Below the pieces are notes generated by a model that ran no database searches, was not told the DNA's origin, and saw only the letters and a program-made list of their open reading frames with translations. A program made the translations under genes and the position numbers. Shown one piece after another: positions 23,536-35,600 of a DNA stretch of 64,000 nt (the first letter of the stretch is position 1; the number at the start of each line of letters is the position of its first letter). Origin of the DNA: Asterias rubens (taxonomy: Eukaryota). The stretch is taken from positions 24,056,001 through 24,120,000 of the forward strand of contig NC_047062.1 of NCBI RefSeq assembly GCF_902459465.1, in the 5' to 3' direction.

Positions 23536-25312
23536 ACCTTCCATGAAGATTTTTGTAAAAGCATCATGTTCTCTAGCCCTGTTATGGTAGGACGTCAGTC
23601 AGTGCCTGCAACGGAGGAGTCCAACCTGGGCTACAGGTTCTCTATTGTACAAGGCATAATGAGAGCTGCACAGTGGGACGGAAAGCATTTTGCAGAAGGT
23701 ATGAAGTTGGCCCAGAAGCTGCTGAGTAATGCGGAAAACAACTGTGGAAGAGCACTGGGAATATATTTTCATTAATGAGTGAATGAACTTCAGCAGATGT
23801 ACATGTACTACCATGGAGCATCTCCATCATTGTGGTCCATATTAAGAAGTTGATGAACCATTAATGTACAGATGACCTTCCAGCTGTGTACCAACTGGTG
23901 CTTTGGGTATAAATAATGTTATTTAGGTTGCCTTCTAAACCGATTATAATGTGTTATATTTTAGATATGTGTGCCCTCTCTTGTACTCTGTTATTTTCCC
24001 AGTCGTGTGAAAATAAATCTGTAGCGTATCACTCGGGCTATATGCAAATGTTTTCGGTCTTTTTTAAGGTCCTGGGGGGGGGGGGGGGGTATACAGTATA
24101 CAGTGCAAGGGTAAAAAAGCAAATATTGGTCCTACGTTTAAAATTGTACTAGTTCTAGTGAGACGTCAGAGTAACATGTGCCCCAGTTGGAACTAATGGG
24201 GTACGTGTGGCCCCTTCGTCTCATGGTTGAACATTTCCACATAATTAAACTGATTAAATCAAGTAAAATGGAGCTGGTAGATTTAGTTTACTATGGAGTA
24301 CAATAATGTCTGCAGTTAAACATCAATAACAAATTATACCAAAACAAATAAATCAAAGAATAACTACTAAAAAAGTAAAAACCATTGTGCAAATAAGTTT
24401 TTACTTTCACGAGGTGACTGTTTAATAGCAAAATATTAATATTGCCACAGTATTCTTGTAGCAAGTGTTTTTTTCAGTCCGCGTTTTTTGCTAAAGTCAA
24501 TAAGTCCCGTTTGTATGATTTGGCCTATAGTTGACACACCTGCTCCGAGCAAGTGCCATACTTGTACAGGATTATGTCAACATTTAACGACATATATAAT
24601 TACATTTTTACTTAGACGCTTTATATTTCTGGGGTGTTAAGTTGATTCTCTTGGTATCTATGTGACAACACCGACACGGTGTTAATTTCACCAACGGTAA
24701 TGGGGATGATACATAGATACAATAAAGAATTACACAACTGTTTTTGCAGTGCATGTTTACACAGCTTTAATACTTATGTACCCCATTTTTTAAATGTCAA
24801 ACCCCAACAACTGGGAAAATGGCCGCTCAGGGCTATAATAAAAAATAAAGTAAAGGATACTGTTTCTGTTTCTTTTCTTTCGTGTTGCTCTTATTTTTTG
24901 TTTTGGTTTAATGTCGTTGTTGTTTTGAGAAAAGGGAACTCCGTCCGAGTTTTTGAGTCGACCATGTTTTAAAAGTATCGATGTTGCAACCGGACCCTTT
25001 GCTTGCAGGGCCCAATTTTATAATGTAAGCACACAGATTTGCTTAGCATGAAATTTCTTCCTTAGTAAAAACAGGATTACCAACCAAATTTCCACCTGAT
25101 TTTCAGGATAAGCAAACAACAGCTGAATACCAGTATTAAGCAATATGCAACAAACTAAAATTTGGTTGGTAATATTGTTTTTATCGAGGAAGAAATTTAA
25201 TGCTATGCAAATTTTTGTGCTTACAGGCTTTATGATTATAGTCTATACAACTACATTTATGTAAGAGTTAAAACAACCGAACGGTATAAAAGGTTACACA
25301 CTTTGCCTTTAA

Positions 25313-25696
25313 AGGAACACGTTGCCTTGGATCGCCTTGGGTCTTTGAAAAGAGTTTGTAACCGTTTGTTATAAAATGCATATGGGTAGAAAGATGTTGT
25401 AAAGTAGAATACAATAATCCACACAAACATGCCTCGAAATTGCACGGTTTTTCTTTTACATCGTCAAATAACACCGTACGGTCGGCCATTAATGGGAGTC
25501 AGATCAAATGTTTGACTCCCATAAATGACCGACCGTGTTAGTCAAAGTAAAAGGACAACCACGCAATTTCGAGGCAAATTTGTGTGGACCATTGTATTCT
25601 ACTTTTAAAACATCTTTCCAGCCATATGCATTTTATAACAAACGGTTACAAATGTTTTTTATAGACAAACTCATCCAATCAAGGCAACGTGTTCCC
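25313..25696. mobile_element. Palindromic (foldback) TTAA-flanked MITE
   Basis: AGGAACACGTTGCCTTG / CAAGGCAACGTGTTCCC ends, arms inverted over most of the length, central hairpin gggagtca...tgactccc (~25494-25520). Confidence 0.75.
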
Positions 25697-26268
25697 TTAA
25701 TCAATCCGCCATCCCTTAGCAATTCCTCCCTCGGTGGGAATAGCCGCAGATGTTCCGCTGAAAGCAATTGAGCACAAGTCAAAGGTTGATGGGGTTTTTA
25801 TACAACAGTCTTTAGAGATGATAAACCCGGTTAGAAATCAGCCGGATACAGCGAGGGAATGGTTATTAATTATTAATTAATCATCCATTGATTTTTAACA
25901 CTAATTCTCCAGCGAAATGCTAATCATTGGCTGCAGTATCAATACGCATTGTGCTTGCAGTTTGTAGTGAAGACATTTTTAAAAAGTATTATTAATTCTC
26001 TATACGTCATCCAAACCCGTAACAATGTCTCAATCGTCTATAAAGAAAATATTACTGCCGTGAAGCCTACTTGTACAATGTCTTGAAAAACCAGTGGATA
26101 CACACTCCAAGCCCAAGAAAGCTATAGCATATCAGTTGAATGAGGTAAATTATAAAGACACATAAAAACGGCTGTTTGCAAGACGGTTTGGCGTGAAGTC
26201 GACAATGGTAAGTTGAAATGAATCATTTCATTGATTTACAAAAGTGCTAATAGGTGACGGTTGATTAA

Positions 26269-26608
26269 AGGCAATGGACACTGTTGGTAATTACTCAAAA
26301 CAATTATTAGCACAAAACCTTCTTTGGTAACGAGTAATGGGGAGAGGTTGATGGTATAAAACATTCTGAGAAACGGCTCCCTCTGAAGTACCATAGTTTT
26401 CGAGAAAGTAGTCTACTTTCCACGAATTTAAACACACATCTAAACGCACACAACCTCGTGTGACACGGGTGTTTTTTCTTTCATTATTATCTCGCAAGTT
26501 CGATGACCGACTGAGCTCAAATTTTCACAGGTTTATTATTTTATGCATATGTTGAGATACACCAACTCTGAGGCTAGTCTTTGACAATTACCAATAGTGT
26601 CCACTGCT
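26269..26608. mobile_element. Copy of the abundant TTAA MITE
   Basis: aggcaatggacactgttggtaatt...aattaccaatagtgtccactgct with TTAA flanks. Confidence 0.8.
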
Positions 26609-27106
26609 TTAAAGGGTCTTGCCAGTGCTCGCATGGGATTTTTAACTTTTAATTTGTTTTCTTCTTCTTCTTGTTCTCCTTCTTCTTCGTTTCGTTATAT
26701 ATGCATAGGCTAGATTATGGAATTACGGAAACAAAATGTTTCAAACATCTCAGCTTTCTTGAAAATTGTCATTGATACCAGGCATGTAGTGGAGTTGCAA
26801 AGATGTGCCACCGATTCATAAAAGATATAGGATATGCCATTACAGTAATAGCTGTCTGGGATTTTTTTCATGCGAGCTGTTTACAATAAAATAAACTCGT
26901 GGGTGCATGGTTGATTTGTTTACTAGACGTGATCATATGTTTCTTGTACAAGGCCGTCAACATCGATACTTCTTATATTTATGAGCTCAATTGAGTATAT
27001 ACGGTGATGTAGGAAATGCACGTCAGCTGCGAAGATTTCAAGAAAACGAATGCATCATATAGACATATGCTTCATAGACATTGATGTATTTAGACAGACA
27101 TCAGAC

Positions 27107-28926
27107 ATGGAGGAGTATTTCTACCTCCAAGATCAAACCAAGCAGGTAAAGTCATTGCATCTTGGTCATTGGAGGTTGTTGGTCATTGTTTCAATCGCTT
27201 ATGGTTTATCAAATCTCTAATGTATAGGAGCACCGCTAAGATGCAGTAATTGTACCTTTGTGGAATGCTGAATTCAAGCACAGATTTGACAGGAGTGCCG
27301 ATGATAAAGTTTGGTGTAAAAAATGTTTTTTTCCCCATGCTTTACACAGGATTCGGACGCACAAGAGCGCGATGAAGCTGTGTTTGAAAACGCAAGTCAG
27401 TTGTTTTCTTGGGACGCTGTCGCACAGAGAGAGATTAAAGAAGGTGTCATGGCCCTTCAAGATCGACTAAGGGTAAGTTGGTTCTTTGTCTTCTTGTATG
27501 TTTTAACTGCGCTTCAAAACACTTTAAAGGCACTGGATACTATTGGTATATACACAAAATTATTGTTAGCATAAAACGTACTTTGTAACGAACAATGGAG
27601 AGCTGTTGATAGTATAAAACAGTCGGAAACGGCTTCTTCTGAAGTAACGTAGCCTTTTTAGATAGAGGTAATTTCTCACAGAATTAGTAATAAAAGACTT
27701 CAGGCCAGAAGCCTTTTATGAGGCATCTACAAGCCCAAAGATTTTTGCAACACGGTTTTTTCTTCTTTCACTTTCCTTTTGCAACTTTGATGAACAATTA
27801 GTCAAAAATGTTATGTTGTGCATATGTTGGAATACCCCTTCAACCATGAAACCGCATAACAACTCACTAGATAATATAGTATATGAATAACTAAAAGAAA
27901 CAGGTAGACAAGTTAATAAACAATAACTTTATCAACACGGTGTGGTCTTATCCATCTAATGAAATAGATCACGAAGGCTGCTATGACCTAGAAATGAATG
28001 TCAACTTACCGCCCACATATTCCCATCGGGGGTTCTGATCCGGTTTGTTTTAAACCCTTGTATCCGGGCGAGTCAGCATCGACTCCCAGTTCTGTCTTGG
28101 TATTTATTTAAGCAACATACCTAAAGGACACATTATTGAAACAATGGGTTAACATTCCGAGTAATTTCTGTATAATGGCATTATATTCTATGTTCTAATC
28201 TCAACATATTATACAATTGCCAGTGATTGTTTTGCTCAGAACTCGGGAAAGCACTCATATAGGTGCAAACACACATCGGTGTAAGGGTAAAAACCAAAAT
28301 TAATATTCTTTATCCCAAATGCAAATTTAACATCTTAATCTATATTGGTAAGGCTCCTGAACAGTTTGTTTCGTGTGGAACTATACATAGAAAATCAAAT
28401 TGAGGTACAGACGCTCAAAATGTAATTGTTGTAAAAAAATCTATATATATTTAATGTTCGTATCACTTTTCCTCAGGGATCAACTCCTTTGTGTTTTGTG
28501 GAACACCCGTTAGTACGGATGCGTATAAAAGGCCGCTACATGTATCAAATCTATCTTATAATGTACGTACACGTAAACTTATCGTGTACGTACATGATAA
28601 GTTTTGAAGTTATCGTGTACGTAAACACGATAAGAGAGATTTTGTGTTATTCATGGGGCGGCAATAAAATGCGCTTCCGTAAGTTAAGGCCTAATTCAGT
28701 TTTTTCTTCTTTTTTTCCATTATTTTTCCAGCAGCTTGAGATGAAGCTAAGTGACTGTGCTGAACTGTACGAGAAACGACGTGAGAGGCTAGTACTAAAG
28801 CACAGAGACGCACGGACAGCTCATGTATGCAACCGTATCTTGATTTGCTCCTGTCTTATGGTCTTAATATCATACATCATAAGATGCCTGCAGACTCCAC
28901 ATGAACTTTGTTTCCAAGAACATTGA
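27107..28926 (+). CDS. Orphan coiled-coil protein with C-terminal hydrophobic segment, ~118 aa (exons 27107-27145, 27350-27472, 28732-28926)
   Basis: Three phase-0 exons with canonical GT-AG sites and strong polypyrimidine tracts; ...VMALQDRLRQLEMKLSDCAELYEKRR...ILICSCLMVLISYII... Confidence 0.6.
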
Positions 28927-29694
28927 CTATGAAGGACTCCAGAGGGAGCCCTGTCTAAGCTACAAGTAAACTTTCTTTGGTTTATAAAGGTATATGCCAA
29001 TGCTTTATAGTTTTCACACCAAACAACAAATCTATGACATGTTTTACCATGTCTTCGAGAGTTGAAGCCAAACATACAACGTGTTCTTTGTGTAAACATG
29101 TATATGCCCATACACGCTTATCTTTGAGAAACTGGCAATTGAAATAAAAACAGAGGGGAAGGACTCATTTTCTCTGACACAGTCCTACGTAAAGGCCTAT
29201 ACGGAAATTATTTCTTATTACCATAACGGTACTTGTGCATCAAGTTTATTAAAAAGTAAGCTGTATAGGATTGCAAATCGGAATTGTTTTTGTTTTAGTC
29301 AATACCATGCATGTGTTATACCTTTAAAGGTTGATCATTTTTGGCATATTATTTTGAGTTGTAGATATCTTGAAGGTAACGTGAAAAAATCAGAATTTTG
29401 ATAATCTAGAAATTTAGTATGAAAATATTAATGCATATTATATCAGAGGAATTCTTTTTACAAAACAACTTAAAAATTTGAAGAGAATTTTTCTTTTTTA
29501 TTATAATCTGGTATATTTGGTTCACTGATAATAAAGCAGAGTTCAACCAGGTCAGCTTATCGGTGAAGTTTGCATAGTATTTGACACCGGGGACCCCTGG
29601 TATAAACACAGCAGCTATAAATACACCAACGTCACGCTATAGAATTTTGAATAGCGGCTGTATTGGATGACTGTAATAATGCACTCTGTTGGAT

Positions 29695-30000
29695 TACAGA
29701 ATTGAGACACATTCTCGGTTGACTGTATACTCTACCATGGGAAATAACCTATTTTACAACTGCATTGCAAACGGTGTGTAGCATAGTTTCTAGGACAACC
29801 AGTGATAATTATCGTTTAATGAAGCCGGTAGATATATAGTTGTACTGCTTTTCCAGATCATTTAGAATTGAGACACGTTCTCGGTTGACTGTATATAACT
29901 CTACCATCGGAAATAAACTATATCACAACTGCATTGCAAACGGTGTGTAGAATATCTAGGACAACCAGTGATAATTGTTGTTTAATGAGGCCGGTAGACA
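29695..30000. repeat. Tandem duplication, 2 x ~165 bp
   Basis: agaattgagacac.ttctcggttgactgtata...gccggtaga at ~29698 and ~29864. Confidence 0.85.
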
Positions 30001-30526
30001 GTAGTACTGCTTTTCCAGATCACTTACTACAGCCGAACATGACAGAACACTCTCAACTTGGTAAATCGACTGGTTGTGATGAGAAGCGAGTGTTGCGGAG
30101 ATCCCATAGCAACGTTGAGATTGCTGACATCAACAAGGTAAAACAAGTGACGATACATAGGCCTATTTATTTTGTATTCTTATGGGATGACAATGATGTA
30201 TTGAAGGATGCAATGCTTTTATGTCGTACGCTCATTTGCAGGTAACTGTTTGATTTTGAGGACTGTTTGATACAACATTGTTAAAGTGAGGTCCCAGTGA
30301 TGAAAACTGTTTTGGACGACTGCCTATGTACTTTGTACGAACCGTTATACATCGTGTACATACACACAGTTGTATAATATTATGACGACTCGTTTTTTTT
30401 TTTATATCAAAAGTGAATTGCATATATCACAAGGGGAGTTAAGGGCACGACTTACTCACTTTTGTCACAAAACAAAAACCATTTTGCGCGTGAATATTGT
30501 ATCAATCCGCTAACACTTTCTTTATA

Positions 30527-31253
30527 ATGAGCCAGGAAAATCGGTCCGCCGTAGAATCTGTCCCCCAAAGGGAAAAAAACGTACGCCGTAGAATCTGTCC
30601 CCCAAAGGGAAAAAAAAACGTAAGCAGTAGGATGGCGCTATCAGAAGTAGTTTGTAAATAGTTACCCGTATTTGGAGGGGGGGGGCACCATAATCTCCGG
30701 GAGGGGGGGGGGGGCGGGGCTGAATCTCCTGCCAAATCTACATAGATTTAATTTCACTCTTCTATAGGTTCGTCGACGTCGGCGTAGGTCGTCCGACATC
30801 CAGCGAGAGTTCGTACTCATTAGAGAAGAACGACAGCTCGCTCTAGAACGAGACTCCCTCAAGGACACCCTGCTACAACTCACGGCAAAAGTTAAAAAAC
30901 TAAAAGTTCAACTTGGGCGTCAGCAGCACCGCCCCCAACGCTCCGAATTGGAGATCCCACTTAAAGGGAGCATCCTTGAGTGTGATGACTGGACGGGGCT
31001 AATGGACTCTCTGTCCCATTTTTTCCTAGTGAGTCTGACAGTATTAATCCTTGTTTGGTTCACCGTCTGTTTGAGCAGATTCGCTGCCATTTTTATCTTG
31101 CCGGAGCTCCATCTAGAATGTGGCATCTTTCCGATGACGACAGAGGGCGCTTTAGATGTAAACCAGGGGAGGACAACATTGTCATGGCAACTAATCACTG
31201 GACAGCATCCCTGCCAGCCTGCCTATTTGCAATGCGATGACCTCACTAGTTGA
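30527..31253 (+). CDS. Candidate orphan gene, ~192 aa: Arg-rich basic stretch, leucine zipper, hydrophobic segment (exons 30527-30619, 30768-31253)
   Basis: Phase-0 join AAC|gtaagc...ctatag|GTT; VRRRRRRSS...QLALERDSLKDTLLQLTAKVKKLKVQL has Leu every 7 residues four times; then FFLVSLTVLILVWFTVCL. Confidence 0.4.
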
Positions 31254-32467
31254 GTATCTCCATCATGGTATGGTTGCATGGTTTACCAGAAATAACCACA
31301 CTATAATGAGAGAACGGGCATTTCAAGTTTCCAATATTGATGGTGGATTGTTGTTAGCTACTTTAGCGTCTTTAAACGAGTTACAAGCAATCTGTTGTGA
31401 TTCAGTTTGAACTGGAGCATGGAAACAGTGCGTAGAACGAACGCAGCCATGGTATTTTAGTAGTACAAAGAAACGGCGGTTACTTCTTTCCAAGTTGACA
31501 TAAACACACCCATCCTTACAAATCAGGTTTGCCGAGCCAGGAGTTGCCGAAAAATGGCGTGAAACCGTTATGGTCATAAATACGGTACAGTATGAAATGA
31601 GATTATGCATGACTTGGTTATGTAACTAAACCTTGCTCAACAGAATACAATGTTCAGTGTACAACTGATCTGCAGAAACATTTAGGGCAAAGGGATATTT
31701 GTTTCCCCTTTTTAAAATTCTATTCATATTTTGTTCATCTTGACTTGACCTTTCCCCTCCAATCAACTCTGTTGAACTCGTCCATACACATCTGACAATA
31801 GTAAAGCTTTGTACATTCTGGAAACTAACACTCATGCATCACAGCCTGACTTTGTTTTCACTTTTATTCAATTATAAAAAATTGAGGTTTCACGGTACAG
31901 CCATTGCAAAACTCAATGAGAACGAAGTACTTGACATGTATGTACATTCGGAAATAACAACAAACAAATTACTCATTGCTACAACAAAAGGATAGTTTTA
32001 AAAGGCTAAAAAATACTTAAACAATGTAATTTTTAAAAGCTGTGTTGTTAAATATTTACATTACAAATATGAAAATCAGTTAAAATTAACAATATTTCGT
32101 AACATCGTAAAAATCAGCACCCCTATAGAAAACCATTCCATACGCAAACTTCGCCGCACTTTCCATGTTTCTGATTTCGAATCACAAGTTTATGATTTGT
32201 CAAAAATTTATAGCAATGAACAAGTACAAAATGTTTTATTTCGAATTACTGACGGACCACTTGTGAAAAAGAATTGGTGGTAACGTTCAGAGCAACACAC
32301 ACTACATTGGTTTGATGAGTACAGTGTATAACTTATGTGGAAATCGTCAACACGGACCAATTGCATAAACATGATAGGAAATAAAGGTGGCCAGAACGAA
32401 AATTGCAGCCATCCAAACTAGACCACTAGATCACTAGTAGCTTAGACAAACAAGACTTGAAACATCT

Positions 32468-32620
32468 CAACCAATCAGATCACCAGTAGCTCAAAGACTG
32501 AGACACATCAACCAATCCGATCACTAATAGCTCAAAGATTGAAACACCTCAACCAATCAGATCACCAATAGCTCAAATTAACATAAAATGAAGGCACCTC
32601 AACCAATCAGATCACCAGTG
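32468..32620. repeat. Four imperfect 41-50 bp repeats spanning the GALNT-A stop codon and proximal 3' UTR
   Basis: CAACCAATC(A/C)GATCAC at 32468, 32509, 32550 and 32600; the last copy contains the stop (32607-32609). Confidence 0.85.
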
Positions 32621-35600
32621 TGTCCAAAAGGAAAGGATCATCGAATGTCCAGAGCTGAGGATCATAATTCCTCCCGCATGAGGATACTTGTATCTTGAGA
32701 CCAGCTCGTTCAAGACACTTGTGTTGACTTCGTCGCATGAGGGTGCTCTTCTCCTATAAGAAATAGACCGATGCAATTACTTAGAGTTCAAAATTATGTG
32801 GTGATCTGGCTTCGTTTTATTTTTCCCTTTAAGTTATGACAGTCTAGCCCAAAATTAGTGTCAACCTTCTTGTTTTAACCCCCCCCCCCCCCACCCTTTC
32901 CCTCTCTAATCTACAAACTGTAAATTGTATGTAACATTTATTTGCGTGCCATTTTCATGTCAGTTTACATAAATTTGTATTTTGTGTACAAATAGTTCTC
33001 TGAATGGTATATCACATTTCTGGAAAGTACATTTATTTCCGTCCTCCACTTTTAATAAAACGTTAAAAAACATACCCGGGACTGTGTGCATATTTTGAAT
33101 GTGTTCGTTTTGATTTCCGCAATTGGGCAGTTCAATTTTCTCGCCCTTTACAGAAATGCAGACTCGGTCAGTACCGTTGAGGAATTGTTTGTTTTTCTTC
33201 TCAGTAAAAACCAATCGTTAAATTATCTGTAATAACTATTTTTGTGTTAAGCCAATTAGTGAGATTAATGCCATTAATTACCTGATTATATTGCCAATCT
33301 GTGATGACATTTGGACTATTACAGGCTGTGATAATTACAGTTTGTGCCCTCTGTCCAAGGCAGAGATCGTTAACTCGTATATCACCAGCAGTGGTCAGGC
33401 GAAAGAACTAGGACAGCAAAAAGATTTAAACAAACAGCTATTAAATTTATCATTGTGACGTCCGTCCACGAGCATAACTGCATTTACTTCGTGTTATGAG
33501 GTCCATTTATCATAGTTATGGTACATGTACATGTATAATGTCAAACTATCAAACAATTGGCATGCACATCATTTTAACATCATTAAAAACACAAAAGGTA
33601 GATAATAAATTTAATAGCAGTCGATTGAAAAATAGATAATCCAAAGAGGGGAAAAGTACATGAAGTTATTTCTTTACTGCATATCATAAGTTTTACCTGG
33701 TTCCCACCCATGCCGTGACATTTGTACATAGTTAACTCCACTCCTTCGTTGACGGGTACCTTGTTTTTTGTATCTAAACAAAACTCAGTGTCAAGTCCAC
33801 GAATCTGGAAAAGGAAATGAAAAATGCAAGTGCGGTAATGGAAGGAGGAATACATGTATATCCAATATCATTTAAGTATAATGGAGTTTAAATCATCACC
33901 TCCCCCAAAAAGGAGAAAGGAAGATAGGATCTAGACTAAATCAAAGTGCTCCATATACAATGATCTCATCACGCTGTGCACCTTAGAGCCATTAAATACA
34001 CGGACAAGTAAGAAGTGTCTGTGTTAAAATGGTAATTGGAAGTGGAAAACAACAAGTTTCACTCAACAGATTGTTGCAAAAGTGAGACTGTATTCTCAAT
34101 GTTGTATCTGGACTCAGATGAATTAGTTTGCCTAGGGTGTTAACAAGATTAACGTATTTGTATGTTGAATCGCATAAAGTAATATAACACATTTACCTTT
34201 AAAAACTTGGTAGTTTATTTTCAAAATTTACTTTTCTTAACAGCCGGGTACACAATACCAAAATGTATGTTTAGCATAAGACCTATATCTCTTACCTCGC
34301 CAGTCACAACGAGTTTAGGTGGTAGAGGGTAGTTACTGGTCAAATCATACGCCACTTCATTCAGGTACCACCCAAAACTCTGACATTTCTTCTCGCGACG
34401 TAGTAGAACCTGCCTGCTGACGTCACCGATATTGAAGGAGGGCGCCCTCATGTAGGGCCTGCTGGCATACAGGTAGTCCTTGTACTCGTCCATCCATACC
34501 TCGGCAACCCTAGCAATGTTCTGTTAAAACACGATTGACACTATGAGTCAGTATACATACAAGTACTTTCACATTTTAAGCCAAATCAAGGTCAAGTTAA
34601 CATCACCTCTAAGAACGAACTGATTGAGAAGTTGCTCACAAGTCAGTGACTCTCAGATCAGAACTACGCCTCACATTGTCTGAGGACTCTGCCCAGGTGA
34701 CCCTACCGGAGGTCAATGACCTTTCCTCACTACTAAAGAAAAAGCTTCGATCTTGAGTCATCGAATGACAATAAGTTCACAATAGATGCTGTACATGCAT
34801 TTCTTTTAAACTAAATGACTTCATCTTTTCTTTTACCTCATCTTTAGCCTTACCATCCGACAGAGATACTGAGCATGGGAGTTTGACATTGCAGCTGGGT
34901 TAATTCGGCAACCCCTTACTCTCTTGTCAACCTGTCTCAGCGTATGACTCCAGTGTGGAACCACCAAGCATCTTGGGGAGCAAAGCGCTCAGTCACCACA
35001 ACTAAGACTTACCAATGGCACTGGCAGAACACACTGCGTCAGCGTCGAGACGACTTTCTCAACGGGCGTGCCATTTATCGCCGATGGGGAAATCAAGATG
35101 AGTGTGAGTAACTCTTTCTCAGTCGGTGAAAACAAGGGTAGTTCCAACACCCAATCTGATGAGTGGAGCTTTAATCTGCCCGCTACGGTCAAAGCTCAAA
35201 CCATGCTGAGAGTTCAGGTGAACATCCAGCAGGGGAAGATTGATGTTCCTTTCACTGCGATGTTGAGGAAGGGGAACCGAACCTGGAAGGAGATCGGGAC
35301 ATTCAAGGGAACCCAAAGCTTCAATCTGAAAGTAGACTACACAGAGACACCACTGTAGACCTTCACGGCTAAAGCCCGGTTAATTTTTCCTACGAATGCG
35401 AATGCGATAGGAATTTTGACATCATAAATTCGCAACGAATAACTCACGTCAGTTGACTTGTGATCAACTCCTGCGAAAAATTCGCTGCAACATCACATTT
35501 GCATTTCGCAAGAAGTATGAACCGGGCTTAAGACGTGGATCCCATGGGGGTAGGTCCAGCGGTCCGGATCCCTCTTTGCCCTCGGCGACTTTTGTTTTTC

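Noticed and set aside
30900-31240. XBP1-like IRE1 frameshift splicing of the zipper ORF
   Set aside because: The only CNGCNG motif (~30921) lies upstream of stops in the alternative frame (~30977-30988), there is no paired second motif, and the basic region is unlike XBP1.
32468-32620. LTR or viral promoter made of CCAAT boxes
   Set aside because: No partner LTR or retroelement ORF is present, and the repeat overlaps the GALNT-A stop codon.
32960-33214. Minus-strand ORF as the last GALNT lectin exon
   Set aside because: There is an in-frame stop right after the nearest acceptor; a better exon with C..Q.W motifs is at 32753-32607.
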